From an uncultured Rickettsiales bacterium (GTDB lineage: Bacteria; Pseudomonadota; Alphaproteobacteria; Rickettsiales; UBA8987), in NCBI GenBank assembly GCA_964352365.1, contig CAYGRX010000002.1, positions 1 to 36,270 on the forward strand: a stretch of DNA of 36,270 nt. Direction: 5' to 3'. The notes beneath the pieces were generated by a model. It was not told the origin of the DNA, did not search any database, and saw only the letters and a list, made by a program, of their open reading frames with translations. Position 1 is the stretch's first letter; every line of letters starts with the position of its first letter. Both the position numbers and the translations under genes were made by a program. Of this stretch, positions 1 to 8,230 are shown one piece after another.

Positions 1-327
1 TTCAGACTCCGTTTCTCCGTAGAAGTTTTTTATTTTTTGTTGTAATAAATTAACTTCTTTATAAGCGTTATCTATAATTTCCAATATACTTGGATTATCT
101 TTGTAATTTTTCTTACTAGTTTCTAAGGCTTCTTTTAACTCATTAACTGGATAGTGATCAATCATAAACTGTCTAATTTCTTCTCTTGCAGTAACGAATT
201 CTTCTGGCTCTCGTTTACTCAAGTCAAAACCTAAATATTTTTCTATAAAGAGATTGGTTTTTGGGTGCTTGCTATAGTCAATTCTTTCTATCTTGAAGCC
301 TTCATCGTATCCGTTTTTTGTGGTCAT
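1..327 (-). CDS. hypothetical protein, N-terminal part (gene runs off the left edge)
   Basis: Open minus-strand frame from ATG (complement of 325-327) to the window edge. It is preceded by an AGGAGAT Shine-Dalgarno-like sequence (complement of about 331-338). Translation begins MTTKNGYDEGFKIERIDYSKHPKTNLF. Absent from the supplied track, probably because it is truncated. No family recognised. Confidence 0.45.
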   Translation of the reverse strand, partial: MTTKNGYDEGFKIERIDYSKHPKTNLFIEKYLGFDLSKREPEEFVTAREEIRQFMIDHYPVNELKEALETSKKNYKDNPSILEIIDNAYKEVNLLQQKIKNFYGETESE

Positions 328-381
328 TATAATCTCCTATCTCCTTATCAAGGTATTATAATATTATTATAAACGAAAATA

Positions 382-398
382 GTTAACAAAGTGTTAAC
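382..398. promoter_or_regulatory. palindromic GTTAAC-N5-GTTAAC box (TTAA-N7-TTAAC geometry), variant of the recurrent 16-nt box
   Basis: GTTAACAAAGTGTTAAC lies directly after the oxyR stop codon and about 55-70 nt upstream of the ATG of the minus-strand gene at 1-327. It differs from the TTAACAAAAGGTTAA core only at two spacer positions. Confidence 0.45.
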
Positions 399-1262
399 CT
401 AAATAATCTTATCAGTAATGCTTCTGAATAAATCTTCTCTATGGCTATTTTTTCTATAAATAAGGCCGATTTTCCTATAGGCAGCAGTGTCTTTTTCAAA
501 CTTTATATAAACTAGTCCGTCATCTTTTTTTGCTATTTCAGGCATTAAAGTTATCCCTACTTCTGCTAATACCATTTGCCTTAAAGTTGCTAAGCTAGTT
601 GCTCTAAAGCTTTTATCTTCTTTAACCCCAGTGGCCTCGCAAAAGCTGATAGCTTGATCACGCAGGCAATGTCCATCCTCAAGCAAAAGCAAGTCTTCAC
701 CTTCTAAATCACTCGGCTTAACAGATTTATGCTTAGCTAGTTTATGGTTTTCTGGGACGGCTAAATAAAACTGTTCTTCAAAAATCTCTATTGATTCAAA
801 TTCAGTTTCTTTAATTGGTAGTGCTAAGAATGCTATATCAATTTTTCCTTCCTTGAGCATTTTAGTAAGGATTTCAGTTTTTTCTTCAATTAAATATAAT
901 TTTAATTCGGGGAAATGCTTTCTAATAGTTGGTATAATTTTAGGGAAATAATATGGTGCTAGTGTTGGGAAGCCGCCAATCTTAATTTCTCCACTTAGTG
1001 GGTTGCTATATGCTTTAGCAATATTTAAGATGCTTTGCTCATGTCCTAAAATTATTTTCGCTTCTTCTAAAACCTCTTTGCCTGCTCGGGTCAAAAGAAT
1101 GTTATTATTGTTTCTTTCAATTAGTTGAACTTGTAAAAACTCTTCAAGTTTTTTTATTTGCATGCTCAAGGTCGGCTGGCTTACAAAGACTGCATCAGCT
1201 GCCTTTCTAAAGCTTTTATAGTTGTCTAATGCAACAAGATATTTTAGGTCACGTAAATTCAT
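399..1262 (-). CDS. oxyR: LysR-family hydrogen peroxide-sensing transcriptional regulator OxyR
   Basis: N-terminal LysR HTH (FRKAADAVFVSQPTLSMQIKKLEEFL). The redox-switch segment LLLLEDGHCLRDQAISFC matches the E. coli OxyR Cys199/Cys208 region almost residue for residue. Divergent from ahpC. Confidence 0.93.
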   Translation of the reverse strand: MNLRDLKYLVALDNYKSFRKAADAVFVSQPTLSMQIKKLEEFLQVQLIERNNNNILLTRAGKEVLEEAKIILGHEQSILNIAKAYSNPLSGEIKIGGFPTLAPYYFPKIIPTIRKHFPELKLYLIEEKTEILTKMLKEGKIDIAFLALPIKETEFESIEIFEEQFYLAVPENHKLAKHKSVKPSDLEGEDLLLLEDGHCLRDQAISFCEATGVKEDKSFRATSLATLRQMVLAEVGITLMPEIAKKDDGLVYIKFEKDTAAYRKIGLIYRKNSHREDLFRSITDKII

Positions 1263-1287
1263 TATCTTCCTTATATTTATTGTTATG

Positions 1288-1324
1288 ATAGGTATAGACT
1301 ATCACATTCATAAAATCAATTGAT
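1288..1324. promoter_or_regulatory. candidate OxyR operator in the oxyR/ahpC divergent promoter region
   Basis: ATAG-N7-CTAT-N7-ATAA-N7-TGAT follows the four-element spacing of the OxyR consensus ATAG-N7-CTAT-N7-ATAG-N7-CTAT. The first two elements are perfect and the last two degenerate. It lies between oxyR (start 1262) and ahpC (start 1431). Confidence 0.55.
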
Positions 1325-1430
1325 TGTACAAATTAATTTAAAATAGGTATAAACTTAACTTGTAAACAGAAATTAAATAATTAACTTCTACTTACTATAA
1401 TTTAACAACTAACAAAATGGAGAAAATTAA

Positions 1431-1970
1431 ATGTTAGGAATAGGTCAAAAACTACCAGAATTTAAAGTAACTGCTACAACAACTAATGATATAAAAGATT
1501 CATTTGTAGAAATAGACAACAATACATATGAAGGTAAGTGGTTAGTGTTATTTTTCTACCCGAAAGATTTTACATTTGTTTGCCCAACTGAGATTGCAGA
1601 ATTTGGCAAATTAACTGGTGAATTTGCAGATAGAGACGCGCAAGTTTTAGGTGCTTCTGTTGATAGTGAATTTGTTCACATGGCTTGGAGAAACTCTCAT
1701 GATGATTTACGTGAGCTTCCATTTCCACTAATAGCTGATGTAAAGCGTGAGCTTTCTGAGTCTTTAGGTATTCTAGATCCAGAAGCAGGTGTTTCGCAGC
1801 GTGCAACTTACATCATTGACCCTCAAGGAATTATCCGCTTCGTATATGTAACTGATCTTTCTGTTGGTCGTAGCCCTAAAGAAGTTTTACGTGTTCTTGA
1901 TGGTCTACAATCCGATGAGCTTTGCCCATGTAACTGGAATAAGGGCGAAGAAACTATAAAGGTAGCATAG
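1431..1970 (+). CDS. ahpC: peroxiredoxin AhpC (AhpD-dependent, mycobacterial-type)
   Basis: Peroxidatic Cys motif FFYPKDFTFVCPTE and C-terminal DELCPCNW with two Cys, as in AhpC enzymes that pair with AhpD. AGGAG-like RBS (tggagaaaattaaATG). Confidence 0.93.
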   Translation: MLGIGQKLPEFKVTATTTNDIKDSFVEIDNNTYEGKWLVLFFYPKDFTFVCPTEIAEFGKLTGEFADRDAQVLGASVDSEFVHMAWRNSHDDLRELPFPLIADVKRELSESLGILDPEAGVSQRATYIIDPQGIIRFVYVTDLSVGRSPKEVLRVLDGLQSDELCPCNWNKGEETIKVA

Positions 1971-1985
1971 TTTAAATTTTTTCTT

Positions 1986-2069
1986 TTGGGCTTCGTTACC
2001 CTGTGGATAATTATTTTATCATGTATTTATAATACGCTTAAAAATAATTACCTTGGTTGCCTAGCCCAA
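1986..2069. repeat. long imperfect inverted repeat in the ahpC-ahpD spacer
   Basis: Outer arms TTGGGCT (1986-1992) and AGCCCAA (2063-2069). Inner arms TAATTATTTT (2008-2017) and AAAATAATTA (2041-2050). The 23-nt loop carries TATAAT (2028-2033). A consensus DnaA-box 9-mer, TGTGGATAA, sits in the left arm (2002-2010). Confidence 0.5.
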
Positions 2070-2113
2070 TTCAAAAAATAATATTAAACTTCTAGACCTA
2101 ATAAAATTAGTCC

Positions 2114-2131
2114 TTCCCACGAAGGTGGGAA
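2114..2131. other. perfect 7-bp stem-loop TTCCCAC-GAAG-GTGGGAA
   Basis: Seen directly, 34 nt upstream of the ahpD ATG. There is no U-tract on the plus strand, so it is not a classical terminator. Confidence 0.5.
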
Positions 2132-2164
2132 TCTAAATAACAACAATAATAACGGGAGGTTTTT

Positions 2165-2692
2165 ATGTCTATAGATAACTTAAAATCACAAATTGGTGAT
2201 TATGCAAAAGATATTCGCTTAAACTTAGGTTCGGTTTTAACTACTGGCTATGAAGGTTTGACTGATTCTCAGGTTGCGCAAATTGCAATTGCTTCAGCAT
2301 ATACAACGCAAAATGAAGTGGTAATTTCTGAAATTGTTGATGAATTTCAATCTAAAATCTCAGAAGCGGAATTTGAGGCAGCGAAATCTTCTGCGACAAT
2401 TATGGCAATGAATAATGTTTATTATCGTACTATCCATTTTACTGGTGATGATGAATATATGAAATTATCCGCGGGTCTACGTATGCAAGTAATAGCAAGT
2501 CATGGCATTAGCGGTGTTGATTTTGAGCTTACTTCAATTGCTGTGTCTGCAATTAATGGGTGTGAATTTTGCGTTAAATCCCATGTTGCAAAAGTAACAA
2601 AAGAAGGCTTAAGTAAGCAAGGTGTCCAATCTACAATTAAAATTGCGGCAGTTCTAAAAGCGGTGGCGCAAGCTATAGTTATTGGAAAATAA
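2165..2692 (+). CDS. ahpD: alkylhydroperoxidase AhpD (carboxymuconolactone decarboxylase family)
   Basis: CxxC-H active-site motif NGCEFCVKSH. Size about 175 aa, position after ahpC, RBS GGGAGG. Confidence 0.9.
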   Translation: MSIDNLKSQIGDYAKDIRLNLGSVLTTGYEGLTDSQVAQIAIASAYTTQNEVVISEIVDEFQSKISEAEFEAAKSSATIMAMNNVYYRTIHFTGDDEYMKLSAGLRMQVIASHGISGVDFELTSIAVSAINGCEFCVKSHVAKVTKEGLSKQGVQSTIKIAAVLKAVAQAIVIGK

Positions 2693-2718
2693 TTAGAAAC
2701 AAAAAATAGGATTAGAAA

Positions 2719-3153
2719 ATGGCGAACAAAACAGCAGAAAATCTAAAGCAAGTACTAGCAGATAGTTATGCTCTTTATGTGAAAACTCAAAACTTCCACT
2801 GGAATGTTACGGGGCCTAGCTTTAGGTCATTACATTTACTATTTGAAGAGCAATATACTGACCTTGCCGCAGCAATTGATGAAATAGCGGAGCGTATTAG
2901 AACTTTAGGTGAAAAAGCTCCAGGTTCGTTTAAGTCATATACCTCTAGAACAAAAATTTCTGATGGTGATGAAAATACTGAAGCCTCAGAAATGGTTAAG
3001 CAATTAGCCGAAGACCAAAAAAAGATTGTTGAATCTTTAAAAGTGGCTTTTGATTCGGCGTCTGAAGCAGGTGACGAAGCAACTGTTGACTTAATGGTTG
3101 GTAGAATCACCGTTCACGAAAAAAACGGCTGGATGCTAAATAGCAGTATTTAA
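2719..3153 (+). CDS. dps: Dps-family DNA-binding ferritin-like protein
   Basis: Dps ferroxidase-site region YVKTQNFHWNVTGPSFRSLHLLFEEQY...DEIAERIRTLG. Length 144 aa. Confidence 0.9.
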   Translation: MANKTAENLKQVLADSYALYVKTQNFHWNVTGPSFRSLHLLFEEQYTDLAAAIDEIAERIRTLGEKAPGSFKSYTSRTKISDGDENTEASEMVKQLAEDQKKIVESLKVAFDSASEAGDEATVDLMVGRITVHEKNGWMLNSSI

Positions 3154-3167
3154 AGCTTGAGTAAAAA

Positions 3168-3205
3168 GGAGGAGGGATGCAGTAATCTGCCAATCTCCCT
3201 CCTCC
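3168..3205. terminator. GC-rich stem-loop, probable bidirectional terminator (dps on plus; small ORF on minus)
   Basis: GGAGGAGGGA (3168-3177) pairs with TCCCTCCTCC (3196-3205). It is preceded by an A-run on the plus strand, which reads as hairpin plus TTTTT on the minus strand. Confidence 0.55.
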
Positions 3206-3212
3206 CGGCCAC

Positions 3213-3368
3213 CTACTTTATGTCTATGGAAGATTCAATAAATCCTTCCACATCCATAATCTCTACACTGCCCAACCACAATAATATTGCGAACAGTAAT
3301 AGAGAAGCGATGATGAACAATAATGTTCCATCGCTGCAGGCTCTTTTGGCCTGGTTAAATAATGCCAT
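3213..3368 (-). CDS. candidate 51-aa single-TM small protein (not in ORF track)
   Basis: Minus-strand ATG..TAG encodes MALFNQAKRACSDGTLLFIIASLLLFAILLWLGSVEIMDVEGFIESSIDIK, with one clear hydrophobic helix. It ends 8 nt before the hairpin plus T-run at 3168-3205. No obvious Shine-Dalgarno. Confidence 0.3.
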   Translation of the reverse strand: MALFNQAKRACSDGTLLFIIASLLLFAILLWLGSVEIMDVEGFIESSIDIK

Positions 3369-3450
3369 ATCTTAAATCTAGAAAAATTAATTTTTCTAGG
3401 GAAATTTTCATTGAAAATTATTTTTGCAAAAGAATTATATCATAAATTAG

Positions 3451-3466
3451 TTAACAAAAGGTTAAT
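3451..3466 (+). promoter_or_regulatory. recurrent 16-nt box TTAACAAAAGGTTAAT upstream of pyrB
   Basis: The TTAACAAAAGGTTAA core is identical to the box at 16506-16522 (opposite strand). It differs from the RTX boxes only at position 3 of the box (A here, G there). It lies 81 nt upstream of the pyrB ATG. Confidence 0.55.
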
Positions 3467-3531
3467 TGCTTTAAAATAACTTGCATTGAGGATAGACATG
3501 AGATATATGATAGCTCTAAAATAGCTGTAAA

Positions 3532-4470
3532 ATGAGCAAATATAAATATCCTCACAAACATTTGATAGATATAAAATCTTTATCACCGGAAGATATTTCC
3601 CACATTTTAGACTTATCCGATAAATATATTGACCTAAACCGTAGTGATATAAAAAAATCTGATATTCTATACGGTAAAACTCTAATTAATCTTTTCTTTG
3701 AAAACTCAACACGTACCCGCACATCTTTTGAGTTAGCAGGAAAAAGACTTTCAGCTGATGTGGTTAATATGGATACAGAAACATCCTCCACTAAAAAGGG
3801 GGAGACACTTCTTGATACAGCCTTAACGCTTAATGCGATGAATCCTGATTTTATTGTAATTAGGCACGGTGAAAGTGGTGCGGTTGAGCTTTTATCTCAG
3901 AAGGTAAAGTGTAGCGTGATTAATGCTGGTGACGGATGGAACTCTCACCCAACTCAAGCTTTACTTGATGCACTAACAATCAAGAAAAAAATTGGCAATT
4001 TCAAGGGGCTGAAGGTCACTATATCTGGTGATATTAAGCATTCAAGGGTCGCACGATCAAACATTCAGCTACTAAATAAAATGGGTGCAGATATAAGTGT
4101 TGCTGCGCCTAACACATTGTTACCTGCTGAAATAGAACAAATGGGTGTTAAAGTTTTTAACAACCTTGAAGATGCAATTAAGGGTGCGGATATTGTGATG
4201 ATGCTGAGGTTGCAAAAAGAGCGTATGAAGGGAGGCTTCTTTCCTAGTGAAAGGGAGTATTTCCACTATTTCGGCCTTAATCGTAAAAAGCTATCTCTGG
4301 CATCTAAAGATGTATTTGTAATGCATCCAGGGCCAATAAACCGTGGTTTAGAAATTGAGTCAGATATTGCTGATGATATTACAAAAAGTTTGATACTGGA
4401 TCAGGTGGAAATGGGTGTGGCGTTGCGTCAGGCGATATTGGAAGCTTTATTAAAAGGGAGATCTGAGTAA
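3532..4470 (+). CDS. pyrB: aspartate carbamoyltransferase catalytic chain
   Basis: Carbamoyl-phosphate binding STRTR ([11 protein letters not shown]), HPTQ and HPGP motifs. Length 312 aa. Confidence 0.95.
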   Translation: MSKYKYPHKHLIDIKSLSPEDISHILDLSDKYIDLNRSDIKKSDILYGKTLINLFFENSTRTRTSFELAGKRLSADVVNMDTETSSTKKGETLLDTALTLNAMNPDFIVIRHGESGAVELLSQKVKCSVINAGDGWNSHPTQALLDALTIKKKIGNFKGLKVTISGDIKHSRVARSNIQLLNKMGADISVAAPNTLLPAEIEQMGVKVFNNLEDAIKGADIVMMLRLQKERMKGGFFPSEREYFHYFGLNRKKLSLASKDVFVMHPGPINRGLEIESDIADDITKSLILDQVEMGVALRQAILEALLKGRSE

Positions 4471-5789
4471 TGTCGAAATTTTCTTACCCAAATACTGAAG
4501 TTAAAAATGTGGTTCTTTTTAAAAATGCTATTTTAGTTGATCCTGAAAATGGAACTGAGCAAAAAGGTGAACTTTTGGTAAAAAATGGGATTATAGATTC
4601 CGTTGGTTCACTGGAAAAATCAAACATAACTAGTGGTGCAAAAATTATTGATTGTGAAGGTATGCATTTAGCGCCAGGTTTAATTGAGGTTCAGGCGCAT
4701 ATAGGTGAGCCAGCTGGTGAGTATAAAGAAAATTTGAACGAAACTACAAAATCAGCTGTTGCAGGTGGAGTAACTACTATTAACATAATGCCAGATACTA
4801 CTCCAGCTATAGATACTACAACAATTTTAGAGTTCATTAAAAATAGAGCAAAAGAAAAATCTTATTGTAACGTAACAATATTTGGCTCAGTCACCAAAAA
4901 TATTGAAGGTAAAGAACTATCGGAAATTGGCCTGTTAAAAAAAGCAGGAATTAAAGGTGTTTCAGATGGGTCTGCAAATGTTCAAGATTCTATGATATTT
5001 AGAAGGGCATGCGAGTATGCGGCAAACTTTAATCTTTTAATTGCTCACCAGCCAAATGATAATTATTTGTCTAGTGGTGGGGTTGTTAATGAGGGGTTAA
5101 TATCTAGTAGGCTTGGCGTTGAAGGCATACCAAACATTGCTGAGAAGATTGGCTTAGAAAGAGATTTGGCGATAGCAACTTTGATTGGTGTTAGGTATCA
5201 CGCGCTTAACGTTTCTACAAAAGAATCAGTGCAGACATTAGAAAAATATAAAGAGACCAACTCAAAAATTTCTGCGAGTGTTACCCCGCATCATATTTCA
5301 TTAACGGATGTTGAGGCGAATAACTACAGGACATTTGCAAAAACAAGCCCACCCCTTAGGTCTGAAGATGATAGGCGGGAATTAGTTAAATCATTGAAAA
5401 ATAATATTATTGATTTTATCTCATGTAATAATATGCCCCGTTCGGAAGATCAAAAGCGCCTTCCTTTATCAGATGCTAAATTTGGCGTAATAGGCTTGGA
5501 AACTATGTTTTCTGCTACTATCACATCATTAATGTCTGAAGGGTTCTCAATTTCTGAGATCATAAAATTGCTGTCTTTAAGGCCTGCGCAGTTTTTAGGC
5601 TTGAAAAATAAAGGTAAATTGAGTAAAGGCAGTGTTGCAGATTTGTTTTTATTTGATATAAACAAAGAACGAAAAGTAAATCCTGAAGAGTTTTCTGGTA
5701 AATCAGTAAACTCGCCTTTTGATGGTAAAAGGCTTAAGGGTAAGATACTTAAAACATTTATATCTGGGGAGCTGGTATATGAGAACTAA
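4470..5789 (+). CDS. dihydroorotase-like protein, probably non-catalytic PyrC-prime
   Basis: The amidohydrolase fold aligns with type I DHOase (PGLIEVQAHIGEPAG, VTPHH), but metal and catalytic ligands are replaced. HxH is QAH, the HVxHVST-type motif is HALNVST, and DHAPH is NNMPR. Its ATG overlaps the pyrB stop (TAATG). Confidence 0.8.
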   Translation: MSKFSYPNTEVKNVVLFKNAILVDPENGTEQKGELLVKNGIIDSVGSLEKSNITSGAKIIDCEGMHLAPGLIEVQAHIGEPAGEYKENLNETTKSAVAGGVTTINIMPDTTPAIDTTTILEFIKNRAKEKSYCNVTIFGSVTKNIEGKELSEIGLLKKAGIKGVSDGSANVQDSMIFRRACEYAANFNLLIAHQPNDNYLSSGGVVNEGLISSRLGVEGIPNIAEKIGLERDLAIATLIGVRYHALNVSTKESVQTLEKYKETNSKISASVTPHHISLTDVEANNYRTFAKTSPPLRSEDDRRELVKSLKNNIIDFISCNNMPRSEDQKRLPLSDAKFGVIGLETMFSATITSLMSEGFSISEIIKLLSLRPAQFLGLKNKGKLSKGSVADLFLFDINKERKVNPEEFSGKSVNSPFDGKRLKGKILKTFISGELVYEN

Positions 5790-8211
5790 AAATAGCAGAA
5801 AATTTATTGTGGCATTAACGCTTGCGGCTTGTGTTTCACCAATAGCTGTTGCTGCTCAAACTTCTAAAGCGGTATATGAAGATTATAGTGGTGTTCCAAA
5901 GTCACTACGTAACGCATTGGAAAGTGGGGATGTTTACGATAATGGTTATGCTAGAAAAACACGTAACCCTGCAATTTCTGATTATTCAAGAAATCTGAAT
6001 GCAGCTAAGCAAGTTGTTTATGAAGAATCCATTCCAGTTATTACTGCTGAAACCAAAGTTGTTGTTGATGAAAACCCTGCTGTGGTAAAGACTACAACTA
6101 TGCATCAGCAAGAAACATTTACTAGACCTGGTGCCACAGTTGATAAGCCTGAGGTTTTAAACTCAGTATTTAGAGATCCATATTCAGGCTACACTTATAG
6201 TGAAGCCGAGGCAAAAGATGCTGGAAAATTAGGTATGCACGCCCTTGCGCAAGATGCAATTGTTGGTGCTTCTCCTACACTTCCTGTTCGTTCTATTGAA
6301 ATTAAAAGAGATAAGTTCTACAAGGAACAAGAAGGTAAAAGATATATTCTTGATGATGATGGTTCAAAATTTGAGCTGAAAGGTCAAAAAGTTAATATTT
6401 ACGATGGTAGCTTGCTTCCTGAAGGCTATGAAGTTGAAAAGAAGCCTATTAAAATTCCTTCTTATCAGTTGAAAGGTCTTTATAAGGAAGATTCTACAAA
6501 CACAAAAAAAAACTCTAAAGAATACCTTAAACTAAATTTTTTAAAGAAACATCTTGATAAAACACCTGAGTCGTACGCTTTTTCGCATTTTCAACCATTT
6601 CAGTTGGCAAATGAAGGTGACGTATTCACCTTTCCTGATGAGGCAAGTGTAACTACTCCTTCTGAAAAGCTTTCTAGAAGACCTGTTACTAATAATGCTA
6701 GAAGGCCAGCGAATACAGATTCTAATTTAACAATTGATGCATCAAATATTAAGAATACAGCATCATCAAGGTCATTTGAATTTGTTGATGAAGAGGCTAA
6801 ACCCAAAACCTTGAAGGAAAAAAAAAGCCCATCATCTCTCTCTAAGAGGCAGCAAAAGCGTCCTATAAATCCGCAATCCAAAGTTTACGATCAGCAATCT
6901 ACATATATGAACCCTCTAAGTCAAAATTTAGAGGCCACTTCAATGGAAGAGGTTCTTGCGGTTGCTTATAAAGAAAATCCAAATTTAAATTCATCTAGAG
7001 AGGCGTTGAAGGCGTCTGATGAAACTATTCCACAAGCTTTCTCAGGATATTTACCAAGAATAAGTGCTAATATTTCCAATGCATATACAAAGTCAGAAAA
7101 TGAAGATGGTGATAGTGGCAAGTTTTATCCGGACACTCAAAGTTTAGATATACAGCAAAGTATTTTTGGTGGTGGGGAAACCTACTATGCATTGAAGGCT
7201 GCAAAGAATAGGGTGCTAGCTGCTAGAAACGAACTTCGTTCAGTTGAGCAAGATTTCCTTTTAGAGGGTATAAACGCATATATTGATCTTATTTTTACAA
7301 AAAAGGTTCTTATTCTTTCTGAAAATAACGAAAATGTTTTATCTCAACAGTTAGAGTCTGCAAAGGAGCGTTTTATAATTGGTGATGCTACAAGAACTGA
7401 TGTTGCTCAATCAGAGGCAAGGTTGGCAAATGCTGTATCTAACAGAGTTATTGCAAATGGTGATTATATAAATGCAAAATCCAACTATCGTAGGGTTTTT
7501 CAAATGGATCCACCAGAAAATATGTTAATGCCAACAGCTTTACCTGAAATACCATTGAATTTTGATGATGCTATGAGTGCGGCAATTTCTGTTAGTCCTA
7601 ATATCAATAGAGCAAAATATTTACTTGAAGCTAGTGAATCTGAAATAGATCAAAGAACTTCTCAGTTATATCCTCAGTTGGATTTAGATGCTGATATTAC
7701 TAGAAGAGATAGCGTTTCAGGAAATAGCTTGTTTGAAACAAACTCTGAATCAGTGAGTCTAAATCTAACAATACCTCTTTACACGCAAGGTACTAATTTT
7801 TCAAGAGTTAGAGAAGCTGAAAATAGAAAGTCTCAGTCTAGGTTTGAGTATCAAAATGCGCTTAATCAACTTAGGGATAGAATGCAGCAATCTTGGCAAA
7901 ATCTAACAGTTACTGCATCAAATATAGAGGCGACAAAAGCAAGCTTAGTTGCTTCGGAATACGCGCTTGAAGGTGTTAAAGAGGAGCAGAAAGAAGGTGC
8001 TAGAACCATTCTGGACGTGTTAGATGCTGAGCAAGAAAGGTTCCAATCGGAAATTTCTCATGCGAGGGCAATTAAGGATAGTGTTCTTGCCGTTTATCAG
8101 TTAAAATCTGCAATGGGTGAGTTGAATCCGGAAAGCCTATCTCTTCCTGTTAGGAGTTATAATCCAGAAATTCACTACAATGAAACAAAGAATAAATTGT
8201 TCGGTTTTTAA
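5779..8211 (+). CDS. tolC: TolC-family outer membrane efflux/secretion protein with long N-terminal extension
   Basis: Start taken at the internal Met, giving a signal peptide MRTKNSRKFIVALTLAACVSPIAVAAQ. The track ORF starts at 5719. The C-terminal 428 aa or so (from about 6928) show the duplicated TolC repeat pattern (AYKENPNLNSSREALKASDE..., later SVSPNINRAKYLLEASESEI...). Confidence 0.85.
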   Translation: MRTKNSRKFIVALTLAACVSPIAVAAQTSKAVYEDYSGVPKSLRNALESGDVYDNGYARKTRNPAISDYSRNLNAAKQVVYEESIPVITAETKVVVDENPAVVKTTTMHQQETFTRPGATVDKPEVLNSVFRDPYSGYTYSEAEAKDAGKLGMHALAQDAIVGASPTLPVRSIEIKRDKFYKEQEGKRYILDDDGSKFELKGQKVNIYDGSLLPEGYEVEKKPIKIPSYQLKGLYKEDSTNTKKNSKEYLKLNFLKKHLDKTPESYAFSHFQPFQLANEGDVFTFPDEASVTTPSEKLSRRPVTNNARRPANTDSNLTIDASNIKNTASSRSFEFVDEEAKPKTLKEKKSPSSLSKRQQKRPINPQSKVYDQQSTYMNPLSQNLEATSMEEVLAVAYKENPNLNSSREALKASDETIPQAFSGYLPRISANISNAYTKSENEDGDSGKFYPDTQSLDIQQSIFGGGETYYALKAAKNRVLAARNELRSVEQDFLLEGINAYIDLIFTKKVLILSENNENVLSQQLESAKERFIIGDATRTDVAQSEARLANAVSNRVIANGDYINAKSNYRRVFQMDPPENMLMPTALPEIPLNFDDAMSAAISVSPNINRAKYLLEASESEIDQRTSQLYPQLDLDADITRRDSVSGNSLFETNSESVSLNLTIPLYTQGTNFSRVREAENRKSQSRFEYQNALNQLRDRMQQSWQNLTVTASNIEATKASLVASEYALEGVKEEQKEGARTILDVLDAEQERFQSEISHARAIKDSVLAVYQLKSAMGELNPESLSLPVRSYNPEIHYNETKNKLFGF

Positions 8212-8230
8212 TTTTTGGTAAGTTTAAGCT

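Noticed and set aside
2002-2010. Perfect DnaA box TGTGGATAA, considered as a possible replication origin
   Set aside because: It is a single copy with no cluster of boxes or adjacent AT-rich unwinding repeats. One consensus 9-mer in 36 kb of AT-rich DNA can occur by chance. The mnmG spacer (16444-16561) also lacks DnaA boxes.
1570-3110. Minus-strand ORFs 1570-1806 and 2787-3110
   Set aside because: They are fully embedded antisense to the well-supported ahpC and dps genes.
3157-3375. 72-aa TTG-initiated plus-strand ORF after dps
   Set aside because: Its first 50 nt are the terminator hairpin. It has a non-ATG start and no hydrophobic or structural pattern. The opposite-strand 51-aa ORF with a terminator explains the region better, though that ORF is itself uncertain.
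3498-3524. 8-codon mini-ORF (MRYMIALK) just upstream of pyrB, considered as a possible leader peptide or attenuator
   Set aside because: No terminator or antiterminator hairpins and no U-rich pause tract are visible. Such tiny ORFs are frequent in AT-rich DNA.
5719-5778. Track start of the TolC ORF at 5719
   Set aside because: That start lies well inside pyrC-prime. The Met at 5779 gives a proper signal peptide and only an 11-nt overlap.
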